A stretch of DNA of 64,000 nucleotides, from contig NW_026250414.1 of assembly GCF_024521635.1 (NCBI RefSeq), positions 868,001-932,000 on the forward strand, in the 5' to 3' direction. Source of the stretch: Tricharina praecox. Its lineage: Eukaryota. A model generated the notes under the pieces. The model was not told the origin of the DNA. It saw only the letters and a program-made list of their open reading frames with translations, and did not search any database. The stretch's first letter is position 1, and each line of letters begins with the position of its first letter. This document shows positions 37,698 through 49,766 of this stretch, piece after piece. The position numbers and the translations under genes were made by a program.

Positions 37698-38165
37698 CGG
37701 GAGATGGTCGGAGGATTACATAGGTACATACTAATGGTATTAAATATCGAAACTCGGCTCGCCGTCGTCGTTCGTCCCGATACTACCTCGCCACATTGAC
37801 GAGAAAGAATGAAAAACGTGACTTCACATCCAACCATGCACATGATCTCACTCGCTCGCTTCGCCCGGCCCCCAACTTCCAAGCGCTCGTCAACGCACGT
37901 ACCGGCCGTTGTTCAAGCGAGAATACCGCATACCTGTTACCTAGCGAGCGAATCCACGTGTGTGCGTAACCTGTGCCGGTGAGAGGTGGGAGTCAGGATC
38001 GATAGGCCATAGGGTACCGGTACCAACTAGGTACGATTCGTCACCTATCACTCGCTTCACTCAGTGCACAAACGGGATATCAGCCAGTAATCTACATTAT
38101 CATTCACGCCATTAAAGCTCGCGCGAACCTCGCTATCTAAATACAAAACTAACTTCCATTCCCTC

Positions 38166-40046
38166 TCAATGCGCAACAGCCTGCACCGTCTTGGGATACA
38201 ACCCGACCCTATCTAGGGGATTCCACCTCCGTACTAGATCCCGCTGTACCTTCCCGTAGACATACATGCCTATGCTGAGTACACAAATAACCGCCTGAAT
38301 GGCGCCAATGATATAAAACATTTTCTTGGCACCCACAGCGGCGACCCACTTATTAACAAAGAACGTAGACCCAAACGCCCAAAAGTTCTTCAGCAGGAGA
38401 ACGGACACCATCATCTCGACGGAGATATCTCTATGCGCGTCGAGCATGTACGAGAACGTAGCGGTGCAGGACATGACAACGCCGAACGTGAGGAGGCCGT
38501 AGCAGATACTGGGCGCGATCCAGTGGGTTGCCGCCTCGGTCGCGTAGCCGAACGCGAAGATCCCCGGGAGCGCGAACACCGCCACCGGTATCACGAGGAG
38601 GATCCGGAACTCCGGCTCGTAGATGTTGTTGTTCCGCTTCGCCATCCACTTGGCTACGACGTCGGAGAACACGCCGGCCGCGAAGTACGACAGGATCGCG
38701 CCGATGAACGGCGCCGCGTACATGTACCCCAGCTGGGTGGGGTTGAAGTTGTAGGGCGGCGCGGTGAAGAGCTGCGCGAGGATTAGGGAGACGCCGATGC
38801 CCCAGGTGATGAACGTGCCCTGGAACAGGAAGCTCCACAGCGTGGCGGGGTAGATGAACAGCACGAACGGCGCCAGCAGGCAGCGGATTATGCTCTCGTC
38901 CGAGAAGCGGCCGTTGTACACGCCGAGCTCCTGGAGGTAGGTTCGTTTCGTCTCCTCGACCGCGGCGGAGCCGGCTTCGGGCTTGCTGTCGGCCGCGGCA
39001 TCTTCATCCTGTGCTGCGGCGAGCTGCTCGTCGAGCTCGGAAAGGTTCTCGCGCGAGGACGTGTCCGTGTCGAAGATCGCGGGACGGTTGTAGGCGTGCT
39101 CCGGGACAAAGAGGAATACGAGGATGCTGGCGACCCCCAGGAACCCGGCCATGATGTAGAACTGCGTCCGCCACCCGTGCTTCATGCTGATGTAGCCGCC
39201 CAGCACAGGCATGAAATACGTGCACCCCAGAAACGAGAGATTGTAGAGCGCCACACGTTTACCGCGTTGGTGTACCTGCGCCAGTTGTCAGCCCTGGCCA
39301 CCACAGCCCGGAAAACCCACTGGCACTCACGAAAAACAAATCCCCAATGGAGCTGGGCACCAGCATCTCGAACGCGCCCAGACCTAGACCCTCGACAAAC
39401 CTCGCGCCTAGGAACGAATCGCCACTCTGCGAGAACCCATTCCACAGCACGCCGATAAACACCAGCAGGATCGAGACGAGATAGACGGGCCGCTTCCCCC
39501 AGATCCGCGATACCGCTGACGCGATCAGCCCTGCCACCCCGCTCGCCCAGAACTGCCATCCGCTCCAGCGAGATACCATCGCGTACGACGTGTCGAACTC
39601 CTTCACGAGCACACCGTGGATCGGCGCCACTGCCGGCCCGACTATTGCCGCTGCAGGGTGTCAGCAACCACCACACCATGCGGCAACTGCCCGCGCCGAG
39701 GGGCTTACCAATGGCACTAGCGAGACACAGCGTGAACATCGTCAAGTCCCGCTTCCACATCGGCCAGTTCTGCGATGAGACCCGGGCGGTCAGTCATTGG
39801 TTGCAGATGAAGTAGTGTTGTCGGCGGGGGGGGGGAACATACCAACGGATCATTTGGCGAATTCGATGGCTGCGGGATCAACAATATATCCACCTCCTTC
39901 CCGCTGCCATGCTTGAGGTGGTTATGATGGTGCGCCGCCGCCTCGCCGTCGCCGTCGCCGTCAACGGGGACGATGCTGTCCTCGAACAGCCGCGCTGTGC
40001 CCGGCACATGGTGTCCGGACTTTGGCTCCACGATTCCGACGGGCAT
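38166..40046 (-). CDS. MFS transporter, DHA1/Hol1-like; introns 39842-39770, 39708-39651, 39330-39276
   Basis: HVPGT..LIPQPSNSPNDPL-NWPMWKR, WGKRPVY, IGDLFF-VHQRG and YEPEFR motifs; multiple hydrophobic helices. Confidence 0.92.
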
Positions 40047-42464
40047 TGCTGCTGCTGCGATGGAGTTCGGTATGGGCGATGATTGAATGAGTGAGCGGTA
40101 ACCTGCGTGTGTTGGACGTGTGTCGGGAATGGGAGGGGGAGAGGGGTGTCATATAGAAGATTTTCATCGATACTTATCCCTCCCCAACACTACCTCGTCT
40201 GCATCTCCGTCAGGGTATGCGCATATACCGGTACTCTACCTATATAACCGGAAACCTGGGAGGGAACCCCACACCTTCGTCGAGCATGTCTGTCTCTCTC
40301 AGTCTCTCTCTACGTTTACTCTACAGTAGTCTCTAGATGCGCAGCATGTAGGCATGTGTGTGTGTGTACGAGTCCACGAAAATCCCGCGCACCCTGCTCC
40401 AACTACCCGGATTTGCATGGATGATCGCCTGGGTTCTCCATTCACGGCTGGTCTCCAGCTACCTACTCTGCATAAAAATAGAGTGCGCCCCACTCGAAAC
40501 GAGACGAGAATTGGATCCCCCATCCCAGCCCGGTGTATCAAACCGCTGAGCTTGAGCGAGCTGCTGACTGCCAAGGCTCGCCAAAACGGAATAAGGCGGG
40601 CTGGTGCTGGTTCGGTGCAAGTGAGGTGCTGGTTCTGGCGCGCGGAGGGATGCGGTGGTGGAGGCGGTGGAGCTCCTGGCGTGGAAACTTAAGGCAGGGC
40701 TACCTGGTAGCGGGCCGGACCGTTTCATCGCCTCGATCGCGTTGAAAGATGGACCGACCGACTGACCGACCGACCAAGAAGGCGAGGGTCCTTAACTTCC
40801 ACATTTTTGCGTGTATACATCCCCGTCCCATCCGATCCTCCCCACCGTCCACGGAGACGGAAAAGGACCCATCCATCCATCCAGCACATGCGCTCGGACA
40901 GCATTTTCGTTTTCGGGAGACGCATAAGACTCCACACATATGAGCGTTTGCTCGGTAGTTATCCCTGATTCCGGCAATGGCTGTAGGGCCGAAACGGTTC
41001 TTCAACTGTGTAGATCAACGACTTATCCGGAAATCCAGCGTTTGCCGCAGTGCAGTGGAGAATCCCGTGGGTGCGTGGGTGGGGGAAGATGTGTACGAAG
41101 AAATTCAGTTTTGAGGCTGCGATGAGTGCAGTGAGTGCGGAGATGGGGGCGGGGGCTTCTTCTGTATGCATATCGCCCGGACTTCATCCCGTACATCGGG
41201 ATTGTATGGAAACGGACGGAAGGTACCAGCATCTGATGCACACACATATGCCACACACATACATCACACTTAATGCGTGCGTGCTACCAGTCCCAGATCC
41301 GTGAAACTCGCGATCATAAGACGAGATGAGAGAACGCAAATTCGAAGATGGACCTCGGCGCACATCTCCCGCCGAGACATCGTCGAACGACCTATACTAA
41401 CTACCGCATTTGGCTATTTACTCGTTGCTGTTCCGTCCGGACTCCGGAATCTCAAGTCCGGTTCCGGTTCCGCTGATACATGTGCTGCCACGAGCCACGA
41501 CGTTAGACTGGATTCAGGAACTGATTGTGGAAGGGAGCTTTGATGTGGGTTTTTGAAAAAGACCGATGGGCATGTTTTTCTTCTTTCTTTCTGTCACTCT
41601 TTCTATGTGCGGATGGGCCGGGCGGAGAGCAATAGAGAACCCACATCGAGCTGGCGACCAGCGGTCGGAGACAGTGGGGTGGAACCGCACGTGTGTACAG
41701 CCATCATCTGATAAGGTCGAATGCTATGATGATCAAACAAAAAAGCCACGAGCCACGAGCCACCGGTGGTGGCAGTGTTCTACCCCAGAGACTGGACGAC
41801 GCCACATTGCCGCCCACGGATGGTCACTCGCGTTCAACTTTCGAGTCCTCGCGACGCTTTCACGAGAGCTAGGAGCCATTCGTATCAGCAGCATGGAAAT
41901 TTCCACACACAATAGCTCGCCCAATTGTTGCAACTTGCGTATATATTCAAGTCGGCGATAGCCACACCTGACCTGATACGTGATACCCACCTTCTTCGGA
42001 TGAATAGGATTACATTCAGAGCGGCTCTAGTGATGGACGCGAGGCGGTTACGGAATATCGATATCCCCTTCCACTTCACATGCACTCTCGCTCAGCTCTA
42101 TACGTCGTAACCTGATAGGAGTTACGTGCCGTCATGGCCTCTATTCCGAGTGACACTCTATGACCCCGCGTCACACGAGTCACAGTGCGAACCCTCATCT
42201 TCGCCTTCACGTTTCAACTTCAACAAACTCAATACACACAGCGACACACAGGGACGCAACAGACTTGTGAAGAAAGGAAATCAAATGCAAGTTCGGACGG
42301 GCAGATAAACACAAGCAAACGTAAAGGTGACCAGCAATAGCGCCAACCCCCAAACCAACCACTCCCCTCCTCTCTCGCTCCCTCCACTTTCCTCCACTTT
42401 CCTCCACGCTCACATCCACCCCCCCATCTCCCTATCCCTTTTACAACATCTGCATACAGAGAGT

Positions 42465-43610
42465 TTAGTAGACCTTCTTCTTCTCGTCCACCGAGAGGGA
42501 GCCGGGGCCCATGTTGACCAGGAGGACCAGACCACCGCTGGGAAACGTCAGTACGTGATGGCGCATCTGCGAGAAGTAGAGGCAACTTACACAATCGACA
42601 GGATCTGGAAAAAATCGTACTTGGCAAAGTCCCTCTGGGGGTGGTGGGGGTGAAGCTAGTCGGCAGTCAGCACGGATCCAGGCAGGGACAGACGGAAAAG
42701 AGGAACCCACAGTCCAGAAGTTGTTGATCAGAACATTAAAGATGCTCAGAATGACCACCAACATGACGGCACTCCACTTAGCCTTGAAGCCGACAACAAC
42801 CATCACGCAGGCCACGAGTCCGACCAAGCTGACGAGAATCCTGCTGATGGTCCATTCGCCCGAGAACACGAAGCCGATGAACAGGAAGACGAGGAGGACA
42901 CGGCCGGCGAGCTGGAAGTAGACCTTGCGGTCCTTCTCGTCGATCTGCGGGAGTCCGGCAAAGGCGAACTTCTTGCGGTGGAACGAGTCCGAGAGCACCA
43001 TCAACAGTCCTCCGACGACCGACAGGTTGCGGAGGAAGAAGTTGAGATCGAAGATGAGACCATAACCGAACGCCTGCGTGACCACGACTCCGAGGAGTCC
43101 TCCGACGGCGTACTCTGAGTGCTTGCGTGCGATGACCAGTGCGGAGCCAGCCAGCATGAAGATCACGTTCAGCCCAAGGAAAAGGTGTGTTATTCCAGTC
43201 GGAACTATATTCTCGGTCAATCACAGTCAACACCGGAGGTGGTGCGGGAGAAACGAACTGTGCCGGTAGTCGTGGAGGTAGGATAGCTGGTCACTCCATT
43301 GCGTGATTATCCGCAACGCGTCTTCGAGGAAGGTTACCACGATCAGGAAACGTCCTATCATAGGGAGGTATCTGTAAATCGGAGTTAGCTGACACGTCCC
43401 TGACAGCTCGGGGGGGAGGAGGGGGGTTCGGAAGGCGTACGGCTTGACGGGGTCAGCGAAGGTGTCGAGGAGGTCCTCGATCTTGCTGGTCTGCGCTCGA
43501 ATGGCGTCAAGCGGAGAAGGGTCTGAGGTAGCGGAGTTCATGGAGGGACCACCGAACGGCCTGTTGTCAGGGCCCAGGTGGTAGCCTGCAGTTCCTCTGA
43601 TCTGCGACAT
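42465..43610 (-). CDS. ERV29: ER cargo receptor Erv29/SURF4; four introns (43440-43372, 43258-43205, 42710-42656, 42590-42538)
   Basis: GRFLIVVTFLEDALRIITQW, FFLRNLSVVGGLLM, DFAKYDFFQ, GPGSLSVDEKKKVY SURF4 signatures. Confidence 0.96.
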
Positions 43611-44800
43611 GGTGTCGAGCGGTGGTGAAGTAGGGGTTATCGGTAGCTGTTGCGGGTGCTGGTGAAGCTGGATTGAAAGCGAGCAAAGCTCAAGGTCGTC
43701 GAGTCGAAGTTGAAGCGGTTGAAGTTGTTGTCGTTGTTGTTGTTGCCAGGTGTCGCAAGTCTAGAACGAAAGAAGGGACTCGCGCGGACGGGATCGATCA
43801 ACAGGAGGCTCAAGCTTCCGAGTTGTGTCTATCGTTTCACGGGAGTGAATCGGTGGTGGCTCTGTTGTTGTCGTGACGTGCAGAAAGAGAGAAAGAAGAG
43901 GGAGAAAGAAGAATGAAGGAGGAGAAGATGTTCGTCACGTAGGGCAGTTTTCGTTGTTGGGTAGGAGAGGGCAGCAAGTACGAAGAGAAGAAGCAAGGTG
44001 GTCAAATCATCAACATCATCGCTGTCGGCCCAAATTCCTCAAAATGCATTACAATGTTCAAAGAGGCTGTTTTTATTGGCTCAGTCTCTCGAGGAGATAC
44101 TTTTGAACATTTCTAGACGCCGTCGCGGGGCCAGTCCGAAGTCTTGTTACATATCGCGAATTGGGTTCCAGTTGCGGCGACGGCAGGAAGGGATCGCGAT
44201 TGAGTTGGGGAAGTGAGGAGGGATCGCAACAAAGAATAGCCGATGTGTCAACGATATTGAGGCTGAAGATATTCCGCGGCGAGTGTAGAAGAAAAGAGAT
44301 GGAGATGAGGCAGAAATAAAGATACGCAGTCTAAGGCAGCTAAAGAGGAAGAACTGGAAGGGACGTTACGTAGGTCGGCAGCAGGCAGGCCCCGCCAGCA
44401 GGCACACCGAAGCCGGGAGCTCGGAATGTGCGGATTACATGGTGTGGGGGGCTTGGCTCAGTGACTAAGCGTGTGCGAGTCACCAGCTCTAGGCACGTGA
44501 TCGCACCTGCTCTGCTCACTCGATCGGGCTGCGGTTGCTGCCTGCATACAGCTGCTGCTGCTTGCTCCATCACTGGGATTTGCTCTCTCTTCCTCGCTTT
44601 CTATCTCTCTCAAACCCTTCGTTATCCAAAGCCCATACAGCCATCATCGATATTACTCCTGTCTCTCCGTTTGATCATAATAGAGTACCTACCTACAGCC
44701 TTCTTTCCCGTTAGCGCACCTTCAATCCGTCTTCTTTTGATTCTTTTGAGTCTTTCAAGTGAATTGTTACCTTCTTTGTGTCCATTACCCACCGTCCATT

Positions 44801-46040
44801 ATGCCTTCCATCAACGGTATCACCGCCAACATCCTCACTCATGACGGCCCGCTCGAGGAGTTCGAAACGGACGAGTTTCCGGGAGGAGTTAGCTGTTACA
44901 TCACTGCTCACAGGTTCTTATCCATTGTCAACATGTGTACTCGCTCCTCTGACATTCCCTCGCAGTGGTCAGCAGTTCTGGCTCAACTACAGCATCGACC
45001 ACCCGATCCGAGCGAAGGCCTTGAGCGTTGAATTCCATGTCGACGGCAACAGGGTGGATACACAGTTCCCGATTGCAGCGGACGGTGATGGGCCCCCGAA
45101 GGTGGGACCCGTGAAGTCGAGTATCACATCTCAGTATGGAAAGGACGCGGCGGGGAATGTCTACCGCCGGGACGTCTTCTTCACACTGGTTGAGAAAGAC
45201 AAGAACTCCTCCTCACGACCGTCGAGTGCAGCCGGAAAGGATTCACAATTCGAGTCAGCTGGACTGATCGAATGCAAAGTTTTCAGGGCTGAGAAGACTG
45301 GGGAGTGGAGCGGAATCATCAATCCGGACGAGATCCCGGACCCGGTGTCGGTACGCCAAGTCTATCGTCGGAAAGGCCTCTCTCACGGTGTCCGGATGGG
45401 TGCTTGTATCCCAGCGGCAAAGACGGTGCGGTACACCTTCAAGAATCTGGACCCAGAGGATGCTCCCTACGCATTCTTCAGATTCTACTACCGCTCCAAG
45501 AAGTTCTTCTGCAAGTTAGGCGGCAGTTGGTCCCTGACCAGACCCGGCTCGCCGATACAGGGCATTCCTCGACCCCCCAGCAGAGGCCTCAGCCGGAAGG
45601 TGTCGCTGTACCAGTCGTTGAGCAAAGGGAAGGAGTATCTCGCTGATAGACTGTCGTCCCGTCGAGCTGGCTCTCCTGACCCATCCTCGCTGGCCGTGTC
45701 GACGACCAACAACAACCATGAGAGCGACGAGGAAGAAATCCACCGATTGGAAGCGGAGCTGGGAATGTGTCTCACCAAGGATGTCGATGATGGTGCGAAA
45801 CTCCGAATGCTGCGAAATAGGCTCAAGTCTCTGGGAACCTTGCCACCACCGTCGAGGGAGCCAGCGGATCGGGTCAAGAAGTCGAAAGGAAAGGAGATTG
45901 AGGTGCATCCAGATCGTGAAATGCACTCGGGGCTGCATGTGCACGAGCCATCATCGTCGGTCGATAAAGACACGAATAGCAGCAGCGATGGGAGGAATCT
46001 CGACGGTGTGAACCGCGTCAAATCCCCGGTGCCTCGTTGA
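44801..46040 (+). CDS. Fungal hypothetical protein (N-terminal beta-rich domain resembling DUF7918); intron 44914-44965
   Basis: MPSINGITANI..PLEEF..SCYITAH-SGQQFWL..VDG..GLIECKVFR..PYAFFRFYYRS pattern, then a Ser/Arg-rich tail. Confidence 0.78.
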
Positions 46041-47021
46041 ACGGGAACGTGGGAGGTGGGACGCGTAAGAGGTGCACGGGTATCCAGAAGGCTGTCGTGT
46101 CCGTCCCGTTCATGCGCTGGGCGTTTTGATTTCTTGCGTTGGGAGGCAGTGTTGGGTTCTTTTCTTTGCGAGGCGGGGTAGATGAGGTGTCCGTTCGTTG
46201 TAGAGCGATTGAGCTCGAAGTGCACGAGGTGTTTGGAGTTTGGGGCCTGGATTCAGGTTGAGTTGAATTGAATTGATGAGTTGTCTGGGTGGGGTGGTGG
46301 TTTTACAATCTCGCGCCCACGTCGATCCAGTCACAGTGATCTCAACCATCAGCAAATCATCTCCATCACCTTACGTGCTGCAGTACTAGACCACCTTAAC
46401 CGCCTCGTCACGATCATGACCGCCTGTGCCACCCACCAATTAGCACAGCCCCCCTCCCAAGCCTCCCCCCACCATCCACCATCCACGGCGGCGGCAACGC
46501 GATGCCAGACAGCATATCCGTTCCACGACGACGATTCGCTGCATTATTATATTCCCTCCCTCAAGCGCGGGCGCGCATATTCTTCTCCATGCTTCGTGCT
46601 TCATGCTCTATCTATACGTGAGTCTTTATGAAGTAGGCGTGAAACGTTGACTGATTGAGAAATGTGCACGGTGCCGCCCGCTTGGCTCCTGGGGCAGGCG
46701 GAAGGGAATGGTCTCATATAAGTACAGGGGTACCATCTTCATAGCTTGGGGTCTGTAATTACTCTACTTTCTCTCTCCTGCGATACTCTAGAGAGGATAC
46801 GATATCTCTCCTTTTCTTTGTTTCTTGTTTGCAGTTTCTTGATAGTTTTCCCCGCGATCGCGATTCGAACTGTGCGCTGTCTTTCGTCGAAGCGTGCCGC
46901 GAGAAAACGCCTTTTTGGTCCCTGCGTCGGAAGCGGAACACCTTCGGCTACCTTTCACCTCCCCCTCCTCCTCGACCTCCTCTCCACCTCCTCCAGTGTC
47001 ACCCCTTCACCACCCGCAGCG

Positions 47022-47774
47022 ATGTCCACCACCGCCGCCACCACCACCACCGCCTCCGAACCCTCGGAAATATCCCGCGTCCTCTCGGTGCTGACGTTCT
47101 ACATCTTCAGCTGCGGGTGTTTCGTCGCGCGGCCGCGGAACCCGCGCGCCCACAAAACCACCGCACACGCCTGGCGCGAAGAAATTGAGAACCACCCGTC
47201 GCTGGCGCGCACCCACTCCAGCACGCCCAGCGAGCTCCCGTCGACCCCCGTGCAGCCCGTCGACATGCTCGAGCTGCCGATGCGCGCGCGGATCGTCGGC
47301 GGCGAGGAGACCGGCTGGATGATGATGCCGCCGCCGAGCGTGAAGGAGGTCGGCGAGCTGAATCGGGTCATCAATCGGGCGAGGGCCCTCGAGAGGCCCG
47401 GCACCGCCAGGACTGTCGAGAGTGCTAGGAGCGGGCTGTCCGGGATGAGTCTGAGTCGCGAGGCGGAGAATTTGCAGATTACGGGAGGAAGGGGCGGCGG
47501 TGCGGGCAGGAGGAGGCGGTTTGAGGAGGGCGTGCTGGATGATATGGATTCGCCCGCGATGAGACGGAGGGACACGGAGGAGGCGTCCAGGCCGAGAACG
47601 GCGGGGAGACGCAGGTTTGCGGAGGGCGTGTTGGACGATATGGAGAAGCCACGGCCCGGAACGAGGAGGAGTAAAACCGAGGATGTGGAGAAGAGGAGGT
47701 ACTTCGACGGGGATATGGAGAAGCCGATGAGAAGGGATACGGAGGAGGCAGTGAGGGAGAAGGAGCTGAAATGA
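47022..47774 (+). CDS. Hypothetical 250-aa protein with C-terminal basic/acidic repeats
   Basis: GC3-rich ORF from ATG 47022; hydrophobic VLSVLTFYIFSCGCFV segment; repeats RRRFxEGVLDDM and MRRDTEEA. Confidence 0.7.
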   Translation: MSTTAATTTTASEPSEISRVLSVLTFYIFSCGCFVARPRNPRAHKTTAHAWREEIENHPSLARTHSSTPSELPSTPVQPVDMLELPMRARIVGGEETGWMMMPPPSVKEVGELNRVINRARALERPGTARTVESARSGLSGMSLSREAENLQITGGRGGGAGRRRRFEEGVLDDMDSPAMRRRDTEEASRPRTAGRRRFAEGVLDDMEKPRPGTRRSKTEDVEKRRYFDGDMEKPMRRDTEEAVREKELK

Positions 47775-49371
47775 TTACTACCACCATCACAACTTTTCCT
47801 TGACTCCGGTGTTTTTTTCTTCATTTCTTTTTCTTCATTTCTTTCCGTTTTTTGCATCCACCACCACCACCACCACCACCACCACCAGATCTCTCTTTCC
47901 CCATTGCATTGCACCCGGGCGTTCCTCTCTTTTATTTCTTGTTTTATACGTTTTCGGATTGGATTTTGATTATTGTAGTACCTACTTTACGAGGCGGCAG
48001 TTTTTTTTTCCTTCTCTGTGTTTGATTGATTTGCGACGACTGTGGGATTGTTCTGTGGGATTACATACTAGATGCGCGCTTTTCGTTGCTTTATTGGGAT
48101 ACTTTATGGGCGGGTTGTTTTTTAGATGTGATTGATCAAAAGAAAGTGGGTTTGATTCTTTGCTTCGGATTGCAATTGAGTGGGAGTGATTGCCTCCGAG
48201 TTGAGTGAGGACTGAGAGTGTAAAGTAGGTGTTGCCAGCATCACACGAACGCAGTCTCCCAAGCAATTGCTCGTCCACGACGCAGTCCAGTTCACGGGGA
48301 TACCACAGGGTCGAGATGCAATCAATGATGGAAGAGAAAAAAAAGGTGAAGGGGATGTCTTCGCCCGTATGTGCCCCAAATTTCTGAGGGAATCGGGAAT
48401 CGTCTAATCGTGATTAAGGTTGTCGACACCCTTCCAGGTTATACCCCGCAGTCCTCCCTCCCTACCACAGTATGCATACGAAGTATGTAGGGGAAGTATG
48501 TAGGGGAAGTATGTAGGCATGGGTCTACTCCGTCACTACGATGTATTATGTACACATTGAAGCCCACGGGATCCCACCGGAGCCGAACGGATGGATCGTA
48601 GGAGTGGAGTGGAGCAGAAGCGGGCGTCGACGGTCTACATGTACACATACATGGTGGACAATCGCAAGGTCGACACCCGGATACCGGAGAGATATCTAGA
48701 TGGGGTAACTCTCGACAATTGATGACTGGGGTTGGGGCTGGGGGGAATATACCTAAGTACAGACCTTCACTACTCCATAGCTAGGGAACCAGAGCAGGAG
48801 ATATCACTCACATTGCCCGCCCCAATTACAACCACAGTTATGTAAGTGGCTACCAAATCCAACCAACCAGCCAGCCAGCCATCACCAGGGTCCAGGAATG
48901 CAATGGAGCAAACAAACATACATACAGACGAGTAAAGAACGCCTGCCTGCCAGCTACTTCATCGCAGCCTCGCAAAACGCGCGGATTCCACATGTCGGGT
49001 ATGTACTTTATATCATACCTAGATGATAGATCTTTCACTTCCGGTCTCCGGGACAGAAGTCGAGAATTCGAGAGCAAGCCGAGCGCAGCGCGGTTCGACG
49101 CTCGTGGGTTGGGTCCTTGGGAAACCCGCTGGAGATGGAAAATTTGAAATAAAAAGAACGGCAAACGTCTATAATGCCATAGTTTTTTCCCGACGATTCA
49201 ACCACCACTCAAACCCACCACCACGCAAACCCACCACCACGCAAACCCACTGTGGCGAGCGATTCCGACGAGAAGAGGGAGCGAGAGGAGAGCTTGTCGG
49301 CGGAAGGAAGCGGAAGTGGTTACATTGTAGGGAGCATCAACGTTGGTGGGGCCAGCGAGTCGCCTGCTCCC

Positions 49372-49766
49372 TTAGTCGTCTGCGTGTTCTTCTTTCTCTC
49401 TCATCGTCTACAGAATAGACCATCAACCTCTACATCCTCTCTTTCCTTGTGTGATCTCCTTCTCTCGACCCGCTTCCCAGCCTGGAGAAGCATTGGCGAA
49501 AGCGCACTCGCAAAAGAGTATGATTAATTAACACCCCATATGCTCTGCCATGCTAAGCGTGTATTCTTCATTTGAGCTTCACTGCCTTTCTGTGGTGTTT
49601 TAGTGGTGGTGGTTTTTCGAGGGCTCTTTGCTAATGCTTTTCCAGGCCGACAGGCGTTCGGACGAGGGAGCACACACAGAAGAGAGGCTAGAGATGGGGG
49701 GTTAGCCGTATACCTACTCGATAGGTGATGATCCAGAGAGAAGAAGAAGAAGAAGAAGAAGACTAA
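49372..49766 (+). ncRNA. Long imperfect fold-back, candidate pri-milRNA or other structured ncRNA
   Basis: Core 49480-49515 pairs with 49613-49647 (21 contiguous bp including 3 G-U); pairing extends outward to 49372/49766. Confidence 0.5.

Noticed and set aside
36362-47774. Ustiloxin/dikaritin-type RiPP cluster
   Set aside because: No DUF3328/UstY gene and no signal-peptide KR-repeat precursor; ERV29 intervenes
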